Below, one piece after another: positions 39,312-54,300 of a stretch of DNA of 64,000 nt. The translations under genes were made by a program, and so were the position numbers. Source of the stretch: Catajapyx aquilonaris (Eukaryota); the NCBI GenBank assembly GCA_000934665.2, contig KZ538200.1, positions 1 to 64,000 on the forward strand. The letters are read 5' to 3'. How positions within the stretch are numbered: position 1 is the stretch's first letter; the number at the start of each line of letters is the position of its first letter. The notes under the pieces are model-generated. The model was given only the letters and a program-made list of their open reading frames with translations. It did not search any database and had not been told where the DNA came from.

Positions 39312-42300
39312 GTAATAATAATAATAATAGTGTTAAGATATGCATTTTTGGAGCACATGGGCGTAATGGGCAATTTTGATATTGGCCCTTCAATGGCTTG
39401 TTACATTTTCTGGATGGGCGTAAAGGCGGGTCGATCTACAGTGTCGGATCGTAAAAAGGCGATCCCATTTTGAGACTCAGCTCTTCATTTAGCGTCTACG
39501 GTGCTTCGGATTCTTGGGAAAGTACGCGGGATTATGTATACGCTCAGCTTTTTAATAATACTGCAGTAATTTCGGGTAATGGTACCTGAACAAATAATTG
39601 ATGGCAGACGAAATGGGTTTTAAACGTACGGAAGCACTGTTGAGGAAAATGTGCTCATTTTAATTTAACAATACTGTGTTAGCCATCTATACGCGTGTGT
39701 TATTTTTCGTGCATCGGCACCTGGTAATATGTGATCGAATTTTGTCAGCTAGGCAACCAATCCTTAGCAACCAGAGAGTGCTCCGACCTGTGAAAGTGAC
39801 GTATCGGTTGCCGATATTGTTAACGATTCCGGCATAAATAGTTAAAATATTGAAGACCGATATGTCGAAACGTACATCGTCAGTCGATTGGGCTATACAC
39901 AAAGCTGCTGCAAAAACAAACATGCAACCGGGAAACACTTTAAGAAGCAGAAAAGTGAGCCGGTTGGATTGTAAGAATTAAAGGAGACAATGCAGGTCGT
40001 ACGTCGCTTTAGGATATTTTACACGTCCAAAAAATAAACGAGATAGCAACTTGTAGAAGCAACTTCCGGCCACCCTTTCTCCTGCAATCCTACTCTAGAC
40101 GCCCATACAAAACCCTTCAGAGCAGTCCTGTCTCTCCACGGATTTGCTCAATGTACTTTTGTTCATTCCCACTGTCAGACCTAAGTAATTTCGCTCTATC
40201 CCACACACCTGCAAATAGAGAAGCCTAGTACCCTCGAGCCCTTTCTGTAAATGGGTCTCGGCTACACTGTACATATACTGGGCGCCCTCATTTGCATTGC
40301 AATAGTACGTTAACCTAGTTCTCCTAAAAACTCCACAAAAGGTCTGCCCTCCATATAAATTGTCTTATAAGCTAATTCCATGTGGAAATTATGTCATCCT
40401 TAATCCCACGACACTGCCCAACTACTCTATCCCTTCCAGGTTCATATTAACTTAATTTCGACCACATTTTCGCGTCCCATGTAGCCGAAGCCTCTGTCGA
40501 GTCAGGAGTTCGCCGCGACCATTAATCGTGTGATCGTACCGGCTGTCAGATACAGGCCTCTGACACTATTGTCACAGATTTTCAGGGGAGAAAGATCGGA
40601 TGGCGTTAGATCGATAAATTCTTAACCAAGGTGGTTTGACTTGCCAACAAATTACAGCTCCATGTTTGGATTAGGCAAGATAGGTTCTCATTAAACAGTT
40701 TTCTGAACCACACCTGAAAAAATTATCGTACTATCCCAAAAAGTATAGCAAAATAATATTCGGAGCGATCATGCATCATAAGCGCTCATTGCGTTTATTT
40801 ACTTGATTAATACTGTCAAATTCACGGTTTTGCGGGCGGTACATCAAATCCTGCAGGGCAAGACCACAAACAGGTTGCCTAATGCAGGCTAACACAGTCG
40901 CTAACGTGACTTAATGAGAGGTGGTGGAACATTATTTGAATTAATTCGTGTTTACGCAGTTTGCTTCAATTGAGCCAACCGCACAACCGCAAAAAATATT
41001 GCACCTTGTACTCCCAAAATTATATACTGACAAGTACTGTAATTATTAGAGAAACTCCACAACCTGCGGAATTACAGTGTCGCAATCACATTCCTACTTA
41101 TTATTCGAATATGGTAGGGTCTAATGCAGTGCTGCAAGGAGACAAATTTGTCTGCCTAACAATTAGGTTGGTCTTGCATGATGCTGCTCCGTTTCCAGGT
41201 AACATCTTAAGAGCGGAGCCCATTTCCTGGAACTCATTACTGTAAGCTTCAGCAGAGGTGGAAGTACGCCTGTTATCGATCTGGAATATATTGTCAATCT
41301 CGTCGTTAAGGCGAAGATTTCTCCTAACGCAATTATCATATTTTGTAGCCAGAAAAACAAGTGGTTGCAATATTGTAGGATTTCAAGGCTACAACTCGCA
41401 GGCCTTTTTGTGCAAAATCTAATTTTATTGCGTTTATACACACTGATAATAATTAGTGCCAATAAATATACCATTTTGACAATGCTAATATGACATAGTC
41501 CTAACGCAGTATTTTAGTGCTTGTAACTCATGTTATTACGTTGTAATTTTCCAGCAATATCGCTGCAGCTCCAAATAATTTAATACCATGAGGATATATT
41601 GATAGTCATGCACTAGTGACGAGTATGTGGTATATCTTTTCTGAAGACTAACAAACTAGGTCGTGGCTCCTGCAAATGTGTGGGGTGGGAATACATGACA
41701 TTGTACGAGCAATAATAATTATCATACATCCGACTGGTTCAAATCCCGCGGGATAAATTAAGGCACGACAGAATGAACTGTCGAAGAATAACTTACTCTC
41801 ATGACTGTTATGATGAGTGTGGAATTATACCACCGGCTAGCTAATAGCTATTGGAACACTCATCAAATCCGCCCAATCGGATTACATCGGCTTCTCTTCA
41901 TTTTGGACTTACTCTAAACCCCCACTTCCATCTATGCCATTCACACGAACGTTAAGTCCCAGTTAAAACAACAGGTAATAATCACAGCTAGGTGGCCAAA
42001 ACTATTTCAAAATGTCCAGCAATACAAGTTGTACAGCTGCATTACTTCGCATGACATCAACTCACCGTATCACTAATGGCAATACTTGTACGTTCAAAAA
42101 CTTTCCTCACGTGGCAGATCACTTCTCAGATTATTTTAACGCTTGTGCATGACTACACGCAAATGACACGTTCCTGCTGAGTAATCCATCCAACAAAAGC
42201 TCACACAGCAGTTATGATCCTACAAGCTAGCTCTATTGACATACGATGCATACCCAACAAAGCCTCACATTTCCCTTCATCTTGTTTGCTTTGTAAACAA

Positions 42301-45300
42301 ACACGATTCTGCTATTGGCCATTGGCATCTTCTGACTCCACCCCTCGTCTTTGGGATTGGCTGCCTCCACCCTGCCATCTGCTGGCCAAATAATCACATG
42401 GCATTTCCCACCATATTAGCACACCTCCACACAACGCCCGTCCTTTTGCTGGTAACGGGATTTTGGCCGCTGAATCTACCCCCATGTCCGCAAGTTGCCA
42501 CGCAGAAGTGAGCAGAAATTAGGAGCCAGGGTGTATGGGCGGGGGGTAAGGGATCCCATGGAGTTAATCTTCTCCAAGACCGATGCGATATTCGCATGCC
42601 AACAGACTATCTTGACGGCCACTAATGTAGGTGTGCTGGAGTAGAATTAAGCCGACCCAGCGGGAGTCTCTCTCCCTGCTTCCTCAATCAACGAAAAGGT
42701 CTCCAGGATTTTCGTACAAAGAAAGTAAAAAAAAAGGAGTCTTAATATAGATGGACACTCTACGGGTGGCGACAAGGATTTTCACACCAGACAGAAAAAA
42801 AGGCTGCGTTAATTCGTATTGAAGTGAAGAAAAGCGGCTGGATTCACTTTCTTTGGCAGGGCTTAGTTGAGGAAACTTGATATGTCTTGAAATTTCTTTT
42901 AAACGGACCAACGGTATACTCTGGGCGGTTGAAATTGAACTGGTCCCTGGAACATGCCTGCAAAGTTTCGCAGCAAAAACTGAACGTGCGGATTTACTAC
43001 AATCAGCTGGATATAGGCCTACCAGAGTTTAGCCCCTCGCTGCTGGACACTGAATAAGTGATGAAAGCTCCTGATTGCTCCTGACGATTGGACAAGAGTG
43101 GTGGAGAACTAGGGGGGATTCTGCAAAGTGACTAACGTTTTAAATTTTGCAACCACTCCTCAAGTATTGATTACGACAAAGCGATAAAAAAAATCCTAGT
43201 ATTGGAATTCCCGTTGGCTTATCAAAGTTGCATGGTGTACAGAACTCGTAAAAGGACCACTTCCTTCAGTGAAATCATAAAGGTTTGATCGGGCAGCGTA
43301 CCACACTCTAAATGTGCGCAGACGCCCCATTCCACTAGCCTTCTGCGCATCTCTGTTCTTGCTAACATCCTCTTGGAAAAAAAAGACCGTCCCAGGTGGT
43401 CACGATGGGCGCGGCGATGACGTGTGTGCATCGCTGTGACAGAAGCCCCCCGATGAGCAGGGTATGGGGAAAAGAGGGCATGTTTACCACGGCTTGCGGC
43501 CATCATTTTGCCCGCGCTAAACGCATTTGCAAGGTCAACAAACCCCACTGAGAGTTTGCCCATAAGCCTGCGGATTATACGCGGAACCCTTGGTGCCCCC
43601 CGACTAAAATAATCTCCCCCAAGGTGCGTGTAGACGTGTGACACAAATCGGTGTGACACGTGTGTTTTCCAGGACCACATGTTGAGATACGTTCCCAGAA
43701 ACACTGTAACTTATGTGTGTGAAGAGTCGCCAACAAAAACCGCCTCGGGGTGGACAGCTTCATTATTATAAGTGCCTATAAAGTAATGGGCCAAAACATT
43801 AGTTTTCGTGAGTAATTTGACCCCGGGGTCAAATTAGATGGCTTCAAAGTTGGTTCATTAAGAATGCATTATTTTCGCTTCTTCCGCACGTACTTCTAAA
43901 ACTGGATCCATCACGGTGATGAAATGCAGGAAACTTTACAAGTTGTGTCCTTTTGTTAGCCATCCCTAGAAATATTTCGCCTGGTCTTTGCGTGCTGGTA
44001 TGGCTTTCTCCTCCAGTGTTCTTCTGTCACGAGAGGTCATATTGACCACTTCCTCCATACTCTATTATGTATATGGATGCTTCCCAGGGGGGGGGGGGGG
44101 TTCCCTTATCTCTACCCTCACCCCCTTCCATTTTGTCATGAACTTCATGAAAATTGAGCTCCTTGTAAGTTTACTTAAAAATTATGCTAATTTACATGTC
44201 TCATCAATGCGATTGGACAAAGATGTCGTGCAATAAGGGAGCCACACATTATCCCCATTTGTCGACATCGCGTGAGAAGCACGGAAAGGTATTGCTTAAT
44301 TTGCTCATCGTATCCGGTGACATGTAATGATTCATTCGTGACTCTCCAAGCATTATTTCACGACTGGGAATTAGATGGGGGCAAAGTCCATCGCACTTTT
44401 TACGATTGTTTCCGGTGTGTTTTTCAGAGGGTCTACCGCTAAACGGCTTCGAGGCTACCCAATGGGAGGCATTAGGTATAGGTGAACAGGTCGCCTCCAG
44501 GCCGCCCTAAAATGGCTGCGTGTGTGATCATACGACCTGTGGGCCAATAGCTTACTGGCCGGGACATGATTGCCCAATAACAATATTCCCGGAGGTGTTG
44601 CATTTCCGGGGAAAGAAAACATTGGAGATGAATGGTTTATTGACTCGGAATAACCTTCTTGTAAAATCCAATCGTTCTGCTAGTCTTCATTTCGAAGTGA
44701 CATTACCACAAACAGCCATACGGTATATTTCGACTGATATTTCCAACAGCGTGTGTATTTTCTGCAAATATCATTGTTCCTCATAAGGCACCCTGCCTCT
44801 CAAATTATAACACGTCAGATGCACTGCAATACATTAGGCTATTCTAACCAGACTAAGGCCTTTGTTTCAATGATGCCGACTGCAAAGCACAAAGATCTTT
44901 GATCTTGCACTGCATATTCAAACAGTGCCTTCAGGGAATTGAGCAATATATCTATTCCACTGTCCACGTACACACATTAGTTAAATTCGAATTTAACTTG
45001 AGGCATGCCTCAGAAAAATTCAGTTGACCAAATTCCAATTTTTATGAAGTTCAAATACGACAATTGTCATTGTAACAAAAGGCCTGTTTGTTGACCCTGG
45101 AGTATACTGCAGATGTGGAAAACCTCACTTCACGTAATACTGTGTACAGAAAAATCAAGTTTCTTATACAGTAAGCGCGACCCCGTTTATATGAGAGTCC
45201 TGCAATTTCGCTTTGTTAGACATGATTACAGTAGTATTGCCATTATTTTTGACAGGAATACAGGACGAAAACTCACGGCTGGACGTCTCGTCGTTGCCAT

Positions 45301-48300
45301 GGAGACCTAAATCTGACGCCGAAAACAGAAATTGGATACAGGTCTACAGTATATAAGCTTACCACTTTTTTCACGGCATTTTCTACTTTCTACCTCTATT
45401 ATCGTTTATTATAGTCAGAAGTCCGCCAACATTCTGCAGTTGTGACCACCATGGCAAGAAACCTGGGTGTCCGGCCTTGAAGTCATCCTGACCACACTGC
45501 AACCCAAGTGCCTCAATTGTTCGCAGCAAACCCCAACAAGCAGGGGCAAGCGCCAAGGACACGTGACGACCAAAAGTAGAAAATACAAAATGTTCAACAA
45601 TTAAAATATTTAACGCATTAATTTAATAAGCGGAAAATTGATATCTATATCAGTACATAAAAATGGCGGTAAGTAGCGAACATCCCATCGATGTCGACTT
45701 CATACACTTGTACTTATGTAATTAAATCCCTTTAATGTTTTAAAAATTCAGCCCATTCCTCCTTAGTCATCAAGCTTACCCTCTACCGCAGCAGCCCTGC
45801 CCCAGCCTTACTCCTACTTAACGTCACAACCTGATTAAGGGACTTTGTTCAACTCCATAATTATGCCAATTTCACGTTTCCCTCCGCATAAACCGTAATT
45901 TGACTCTCTGCACCTGTAACACAATTCATCATCAAACTTTCACCAGCCGTCTACACACACCCCTGCCGTGTGCAAAAGGGCTAGAAGCAGGCAAGGGCTA
46001 GGATTGGATGAGCCACTTGAGTTTAATGGTCAGGCTACCCGTGAAGCTAATTAGACGCCCTGACTACGTATATAATTCTTCACTGGAAAATTTTCCAACT
46101 GCATGACCCAAACGTGTGCAAATGGGGATCGATCTCCTTTCCCTCAAATCTGTCCACGGTTATCAAGCCTAATATTCTTCCCGTGCCTGGCCATCAATGT
46201 AATTGTCTCTCGCATCCGATTTCCTGTGGGTAGAGCCCGCGTCCACTTTGCGGTGAAAAGCCGGACTCTATCACAGTGGCCGGGTCCAATCCAACTGTGT
46301 CCAAAGGGGAGGTGGGCTGGGACATATCCGAGCTAATTCGACTTATGGGGAACATTTTTAACCATTACGCTCGGTTGGGCTTGCTCATACCTGGAAATGC
46401 TGAATACGCAGATTGATATTGATACTGACGTGTAATTAGCACTCGTGCGTTCAAAATTTTACATTTGTATTTAACCCAGATATGCCTAATGTCCTACATA
46501 CAGTCCTGTAAGCGAAAAAACGATCTGACGTCACCCCACCCATGTTTGTGAGCATGAGCAGTAGTATGCTTGACCGCCTCCACCTGGGTCTTCCATCCAA
46601 TCATACCCCCGAATAGCTCTGCAAGCATATTACTGCGCATGCGGCTGGTGTGACGTCAGATCGTTCTTTGGTTTAACGGACTGTATTTGTTAAAGGGACA
46701 CTCCACTCAAAAAACAAGTGTGGCTCTAAAAATCGGCAAAAAATCCTGAATCCGAAGGTGCAATTTGTTTTTCGCTACGCGGAACGGTAATCCCAGGGCG
46801 AGGGGTCAAAGTGGGGAAATTCAAATAGTGCGCTAGAAGCTGGTCGTCCGCCAGCGACGCCCTCGGGACCTTGGGAACTGGAGGGCTGCTCCCGCCTGCC
46901 TGCGCGCTTAGGCCCATCCCAGAGCGGTGCAGCCCTCCAGTTCCCCTGTTCCCCGCGTGGCGGCGCCGGTCATTAGCAGATGACACACTTTGACACCTAG
47001 CCCTGGGATTACCGTTCCGCGTAGCGAAAAACGAATTGCACTGTCGGATTCCAGATTTTTTGCCATATTTTTAGAGCCAAATTTGTTTTTCGAGTGGAGT
47101 GTCCCTTTAAATTTGTACTCATTATATTTGTTCAAATATTTAACAAAAAATAATCAAGTAGTCCCTATGCCATATATGGCACGGCTAGCTCATCAAAATT
47201 TCACAGCAGCTAAGTAAATAATTATTGCACTCTCACTTCATCCCTGCAATAATGTCGCTTACAGCACCACCCTTCCGTGCAAGACAAAAGGACTAGATTA
47301 TTCCACAGCACCTCCCGTGCAACTAATTAGAATCGCAGCTCCTTTTAACAGGAACCCTGCTAGGTTCTCGCGGAGGAAATACTGTACAGTTCTAATGCGG
47401 AAATGCTTCTAATTGGAAGCACGAATCTTAGGTTCGGATTTGGGTTTATCGTGCAACGTGATGCGGTTACCCCAGGGGCTTTGACTTTGGCATCAACTTG
47501 CACATACTGTCCTAAGGAAAACCGCACCTAGAAAAGGAGGACGTACCGGAACTACCTGACTGTACATGCTGCGGTTGTTTCACACCCAGTTTACTAATTT
47601 TTTTTTGAAATAAATATTACGAAACACCCTGTGCGCGCCTTGCCAGGATATCGTCTTTCCATCTTGCATATGACTCTGACAGGTCCTATCTGCCTAAAAA
47701 TCCAATCCTAGTTTGACACTCGCAATTCCCGTACTGTCAACTCTCCAGCAATTGTCGTACAGCTCAGTTTGAACGATCGTTTTGCCCACAGGCAAGCAAG
47801 TGTCGGTAAATTCCCTTCCGGTGGTCGTTAGTCACGTCATGAGTCCTGCCTTCTCATCCTTATGTTGACTTTGGGCTTCCAAGCACGCGGAAAAAGATGT
47901 TTCCTTACACCAGAGCGACAACCCGTGTTTGACTTCAGGGCCTGCATTTATGAGTTGCTAATGGCTCCTTGACAACCGACACTCTGGAATATTGGCTTGG
48001 TTGGGGGGGGGGACTGAAAAAACTGTTACCTACATAAAAGCTAAAACGCTGCAGAAGGTTCAAATCAATGAGAAGAAGTTAAAATCATCTTGGTTCCAGC
48101 TGTTCCCCGGGCCTAATTTTCGCTAATTCGCTACCAAAACATCCAAGCACGAGAGGAGGGGTAATTTTATACTTGAAGCGACTATACGGTTATTTTCACC
48201 AAATGGAAAAGAGGATTTTAAAAGCTTGGAGCTATCTCATCAGCAGATTTACACTACAAGCGTCTACTCCTTTTTCTCCAGACAAACGTCCCACAGAATG

Positions 48301-51300
48301 CAAATATTGGCTCGAAGCTCACCCTACTTTTAATTAAGAAACTCTCTTCCATCCTTCAGCTTGACACACAAAAAAATTTAGGCGAGCAGGGAACTGGAAA
48401 TATTAAACTCAGCATTGTTGCCGAAGTGTGCTACAGACAGTCCAATTAAATTAGTATGATTTGTTTAAATTTTTCTTTTGCAAGCAATGATTTCCGATTG
48501 GACCAGCACTTCAAACAATTCTGTTCCATTTGGAATTATCCAGCACTTAGAAAATGAGGCTAGCAGCACCAGGCTATTGCGGCCAATCATCTCGACTGGT
48601 TCGGAGTAAAGGTCGTAATTGAATCGTTAGTTTCCATCCAGAACACAGTTGGGACAACAACGCCCCAACCCAACCCACCCAAAAAAAGTCTTTTCAATCC
48701 TCTCGAACATTATTACTCAAAATCTCATTACAAGCGGCTGGAACCCAATGTAACGAGTTAATCGGACTGCTGATTGCCAAGTTAGCCAAGGCTTCCTACT
48801 ATTCAATTAAAAAATTTGTGTCAAAGTTAATATGCACGTGTCATTACTATGCAATGATGCCAGTCGATAAACAGTGTCGCAACACATCTCGACAACCAAA
48901 GCTGAAAATTCGGCGAGGATTCTGATTAATTATGAAAATATAGCGGCGGTCGCAGTTGTGACGCAATTAAGCCCCCCGTACCCATACCGTCGCTAAGAGG
49001 CCGTGCATGCCAAGTACGACTGTTCATTTGCACCCCCCAAAACATGGTAATAAGTTTGTATGGCGGCAGAGTCAGCAAGTGGAGCAAGTAGAGTTGGAAC
49101 TACCCCACTAGTCCTATTCTGTGGAGTGGATGAGTCTCCATAGCAACCCGGGGAGTAAAAGGGTGTGGGGGATGGAGGGGGATGGAAGCGGGGAGAGAGA
49201 GGCCCTCTCCTCCTCCTCCTCCTCCTCCTCTCTGGTCCGCCGCAGGGAGGCTGCGATGGAAATGGATGACGATGATGCCATGGGACCTCAGTGTGGCTAC
49301 CCTTACTTATGTATGCCGACACCTTCCCCTGTTGCCTTGGGGACTCATCACTGCTACCTGTTTCGCCCAACGACCTGTACTTATAACACATAGCCTAAGA
49401 TATACAGGGTATCTCATAACGCATCTCACACCTCTCAGCTTCAGCACCTGATAATATAAGCAGTATGTGCGATCTAATGGATTTGGACAAAAATTGCGCA
49501 GTGGGTACATCACATATGTAGAATTCACTGGTGAGCTTAAAAAGATGCACTTCGCAGCCATTTTTGAGATATGAGTGACAGCAGATTCAGCATATCAATA
49601 TGCTGGATCTGCTGTCACTCATATCTCAAAAATGGCTGCGAAGTGCATCTTTTTAAGCTCACCAGTGAATTCTACGTGTGTGGTGTACCCACTGAGCGAT
49701 TTTTGTCCAAATCCGTTAGTGTCACATCGCGGCCTTCCCTTGTAAGTGCAATTTTTAAGTTCAATATTCCCATTTTCGATATTGTTGCCGTATCGATTTT
49801 CGACGCACAGCACATATGACCTGCCTAACCTGGTTTGGTGGTACGAGCCAATTAGAGACCATGTTGCCCTTATATATTTCTGCTGACATATCCTGTGCGC
49901 TCGAAAATAGTTTCAAGATTTTTTTCCAAGATATGAGCCGTTCAGAGGGATAGTCTGAGACATAAAGGTTCAGAGGTGAGTCCGCCGGAAGCCACAACTT
50001 TCGCCTTGACACCTTTTGTTGGCACGAAACCACCCCCAATCGGAGCTTCTGGACCAAGGCCAGGGAGGAGGAGGAGGAGGAGATGGGGGTGGAAAGGAGG
50101 GAGGAGGGAAGTATGACCTTCCTGGGCTTTATCGCTGCCCACGACCTAAAATTAAGTGCCTCTCGTGTCACTGGCAAAAGTCTGCTGACAAAGGATCTGT
50201 CGCGTAAGCAACCTTTTCTCGTGGGTGGGGTGGGCCTCTCTCACAACCCCTGCCGCATATCAGGTCCTTGCCTCCATGGATGATTGATGATGAAAAATTA
50301 TGCAGAATTTTTGAGAGACAAAAGCTAGGTTCCCACATTAACGTTGGATCAGAATTAGTCCAAAACAGTTTGATGCAGCCTGAAATTCAGCATGGTTGCT
50401 CAACCCCGTTGCTCAACCGTTACAAGTATCAACACTGTCCAACTAAATTAACCCAATTCTCGCTCGTCCACCCGATGTCGTCCAGTCCAGCGGGTCAACC
50501 CTTTTCGCAGCGATATTTGCATTTCAATTTGCACGTGCATTCTTCTGTTGCCATTTCCAGTTGCTCCAGATTGGAGGTCTAATCACATAGAAAAGTGGCG
50601 TGGATGCCAGGCGTGAAATCTCCTGGAAAGGTGTCAAAGTAGGTCGCGAGATCACTGCGGTTGTCGCTCAGACGACGACTTCATCCTCCTTTCAATGGCA
50701 ACAAGTGCCATTCAATTAAGGAACATGGTAAGATTTTCACTCAACAGCCTTCCCACAAGACCATGGTTTTCCCCACTGAACAATTCAGTTTTGTCATGTT
50801 TTACCGCTTGAAATGGTTAAACTTGGGTGTTGTCTTGATGGAAAGGACTCTGGAGATTCTGTAGGGGTCCAGCTGGCCTTTCGCCAGCTCTCTGCATTGC
50901 GACGTTTCTGCAGGAATTCCTTTTTCTGCAGGCAAAAATCAGGGTCCTTAGACCGGACCTACCTACCAACCGGTTTTCCCGACACCTGTGGATCCTATTC
51001 AGAGGGGGGGTCCCAGTACGCTCATTTCCAACTGACACTAACAGGTTGCAATGCCACTCAAACAGATACGTGGGTCCCTAACAACGCCCCTGATGAACAT
51101 AGGATCGATCCACCATGCCGGCTGTCACAATTGGTCTGGACCTCGAACGAAGATGCTGAACTCTGAATAACGATGTGCTGATTGCTCGACCATATAGTAT
51201 TTTTTTTTATAGCCATATGATATTAGGAGCGGTCGATACCGGATAGCTGTAATAGCGGAAAAGTGATTGCCAATTTCCTGGTCGATTCGTCACGTAGCTA

Positions 51301-54300
51301 TTAATATACCAAGCCGGAATATTGGAAGATAGGGTTATATTTTGAGCTCAGCATATCCAGACGGCTCAACAGGTCCAGAGAGAAACAAACAATAAACCAC
51401 TGAAAAGGGGTTTAGAAAAGACAAAAGGAGCCGGAGGAAACAGACCCTTGAAAGGATGCCTTCCAAACAAAAGGAAGCCGCATTGTCTCCCCGTCGGCAC
51501 CGAAATTCGACCCGAAGAACAAAAAGGTAAAGGCTTGCTACATTCCAGGAACATCTAGTTGTCGGCTGGATTGATTCCACCACTTGGAATTTTAACCCGA
51601 TTCCGCTTCTTCTAAGAGAGAGAGAAAAAAAAAAGAATTCAGACATCCAAGGTGCTGCCAAGAGAATCCCAGATTATATTATCGATTCTTGAAGTTGAAG
51701 TAATTCTGATCCTTTTTTTTTCTTTGGAAGAACTGGCAAAGGAGCATTCCTAGCACGAATCAGGCATCTCATTTGCAATACATGACGCCTTGTAAAAAAG
51801 ATTCGGGGAGGGGCGTCACTGATTATGTGGACGCTGGGAATCGATGGTTTCTAATTTCCCGCTGGCACGCAGGGTCCGGAAATGAAAGAGACTATTAGCA
51901 TCAGTATGTTTGTGTGTGAAAACGTGGATCGATCATATATAACCCGCTATGTTTGTTTCGCAAGTGCGAATTATGACACGATCCTCCATTTTCAAAATTA
52001 TTTAAAAAAATAATGGAAACCCCAATATTCCCCTCCATTTTAAAAATAAAAAAATTTAATCATCGCTTGTTATTTTAGTTTTAAAATCTCTCTGGCTCGT
52101 GTTAAAAAGGGGCTTTCAAGGTGTCAGGTCCACTCGAAGCCTGAGCCAAGCAAAACGCCATACCGGCTCTATCAGGCTGAGCACCGTTTTAAGTGCCATA
52201 CGCACACTTTGTACTCCGCCTGTTTTTTTGTTTTTTTTTGTTCCGTCACGCCCTGTCACTCAAACCCGACCCCCACTTGGATCGTGAGATGGTCATGTCA
52301 CCGCTCCGTCCGCGACTGATTTATGGCTCATAAAGACAGCTATATCAGCACCATTTTTGAGCTGCTCAAAAATGGCGGTCCTTTAAATTAATTTTAAAAA
52401 GCTGGAATGAAATGGGGGTATAGGCCTACTTCCAAAAAATGAAAATTACTTTTTAACTTGAAGTAACGTGAAAATTCCACGGGGAAATTTGCGGTGCCCA
52501 AAGTTGGTCGGTTTACAAAGTGAAGAACTTCCCTCGGGAACGCATTTATCGGATTAAAATATAGCAGGTGTTAGCAGGAGAGTCACTCGGGGCCTATACT
52601 TCCTCAGCCGGCCATTTTGAATCCTATTCATGACCCAAAACAAAGGCGTGAGAAACGGAAACAGATGGTGACTATCACTAGACAAAAGGCTGGTCTAACC
52701 GGACCATCTACAACTATGTCACTCTACAAGCAGAAACGGCTATGGCATGTCATAGACCCCCAATAAAAAATGGTCGTCCCCAGATGGTGCAATGGGTAAG
52801 TGTACACAGCGGGGACATTATAGAAGCCATTAACCTTGAGTGGATTTACACAATTGTAGGCCTACTACAAAGCAGGAAATAAACCAGGAAAGAACCTTAC
52901 ACACAGTAATAATAAGGCAGAGGAAATTTAATTGTTTTAATTTAATTTACATCCTCTATTTTTAAACAAATTTCAGCCACCAGGGGCATGAGCTCCCAAT
53001 CCCAATCAATTGACGTGACCTGGTGGTTACCACATAATATGGCCCGATTGAGTCTGGTCTCCTCCGGACAGCCGTGCCTATTAATATGGGGAGGCCCTCC
53101 TAAAGCGAACCCCATCGACAACCACTTATTAAAGAGGGACCTAACATACGTAACCCCTCCTCTAGAGAAAACGTATTGCTTCCAATATCAGGGGGCGTGG
53201 GATCCAATAATGTGTGTCTTATCGACCCTTACAATGATGGGCATAAATCTGGGTTTTTCTGGACTGGTCGGCCATTTGGGTGTTTGCGTGCGTCCAATCG
53301 CAATCCTGCTGAAGTATTAATTTCCGAGGTTGAGTCGAAGCCATTCCGAACGCCCCAGTCTAATGGGGACCCATTGTGTGCCTAACTCCCTTTTTCCTCC
53401 CTACCCCTCCTCCCCCACCAACCAAAGTCCTCAACCTCTTCACAATAACGGAAGGACACAATTGATTTCAGTTTTTTTTTTAACCCTTCATTCTTATCGA
53501 TTTTGGTATGCCCCACAAATGATTTCAATCTTCCGCTACTATGAATAGTGCCAAGAGTTTTCGATAACAATAATTGCACATGGATCAGTTTACGACTAAT
53601 ATGCACAAAAATTAATGTCATAATATTTCGTTTCGATTTGGTTCGAATATCTGCGATTCAAATTAATTAAAAAAAAAAATCCTGCTCGTTTTCCCACAAG
53701 GCCTAAGGTGGTTCATTTTTCAGAGCCTGTCAATGACTCTTGTATCACCTTATCGGACATAATCTGTGCTAATCCTAACTAATCCTAGCAGGGATTACCC
53801 TCTGCCCATAATTGTTCACCATGCAAATTCAAACAACAATAAAAAAAACAGGAGACTGCACACTCTTTAACCTGCGCTTAATTTAATCTCCGGTGATGGT
53901 TTTTCTAACAAGCATCCCCCACCTAAAAAAAAAGTGACATATTGAATTTTAGTGTCGCAGCTGCCGCCAACTATTTTAGTATTTTCCACCCCCTAGAGGT
54001 AACTTTATTCACGCTCCTCTGGCGCCAGTTGGATGCTAAAAAGTTAATAAATTCTGAAATTTCGTCCCGCCTCCAGCATTGGACTTGGAAACAATCACGT
54101 GTCGCCCAGAGGAACTGGACTTGATATGAAGCAACGATTGCAAAACTAGTAATGAATTCGTGTAATCACTTTCCTCCTAGTCCGGTTCACACACAAAAAA
54201 AAATGTTCATTAGCAAGGAAAACCTGGAGAACAATAAATTAATCGAACACCCTTGCATGTGCAGTAAATTCAGTTTTTGCAAAATCTGGAATGATTTTCG

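Noticed and set aside
39180..39473. ORF with a long poly-Ile run resembling a TM helix
   Set aside because: Translation of the (TAA)n microsatellite.
33620..52620. Scattered AAAATGGC / GCCATTTT (YY1/Pho-like) motifs
   Set aside because: Dispersed over about 19 kb, partly inside repeats; enrichment cannot be shown without a background model.
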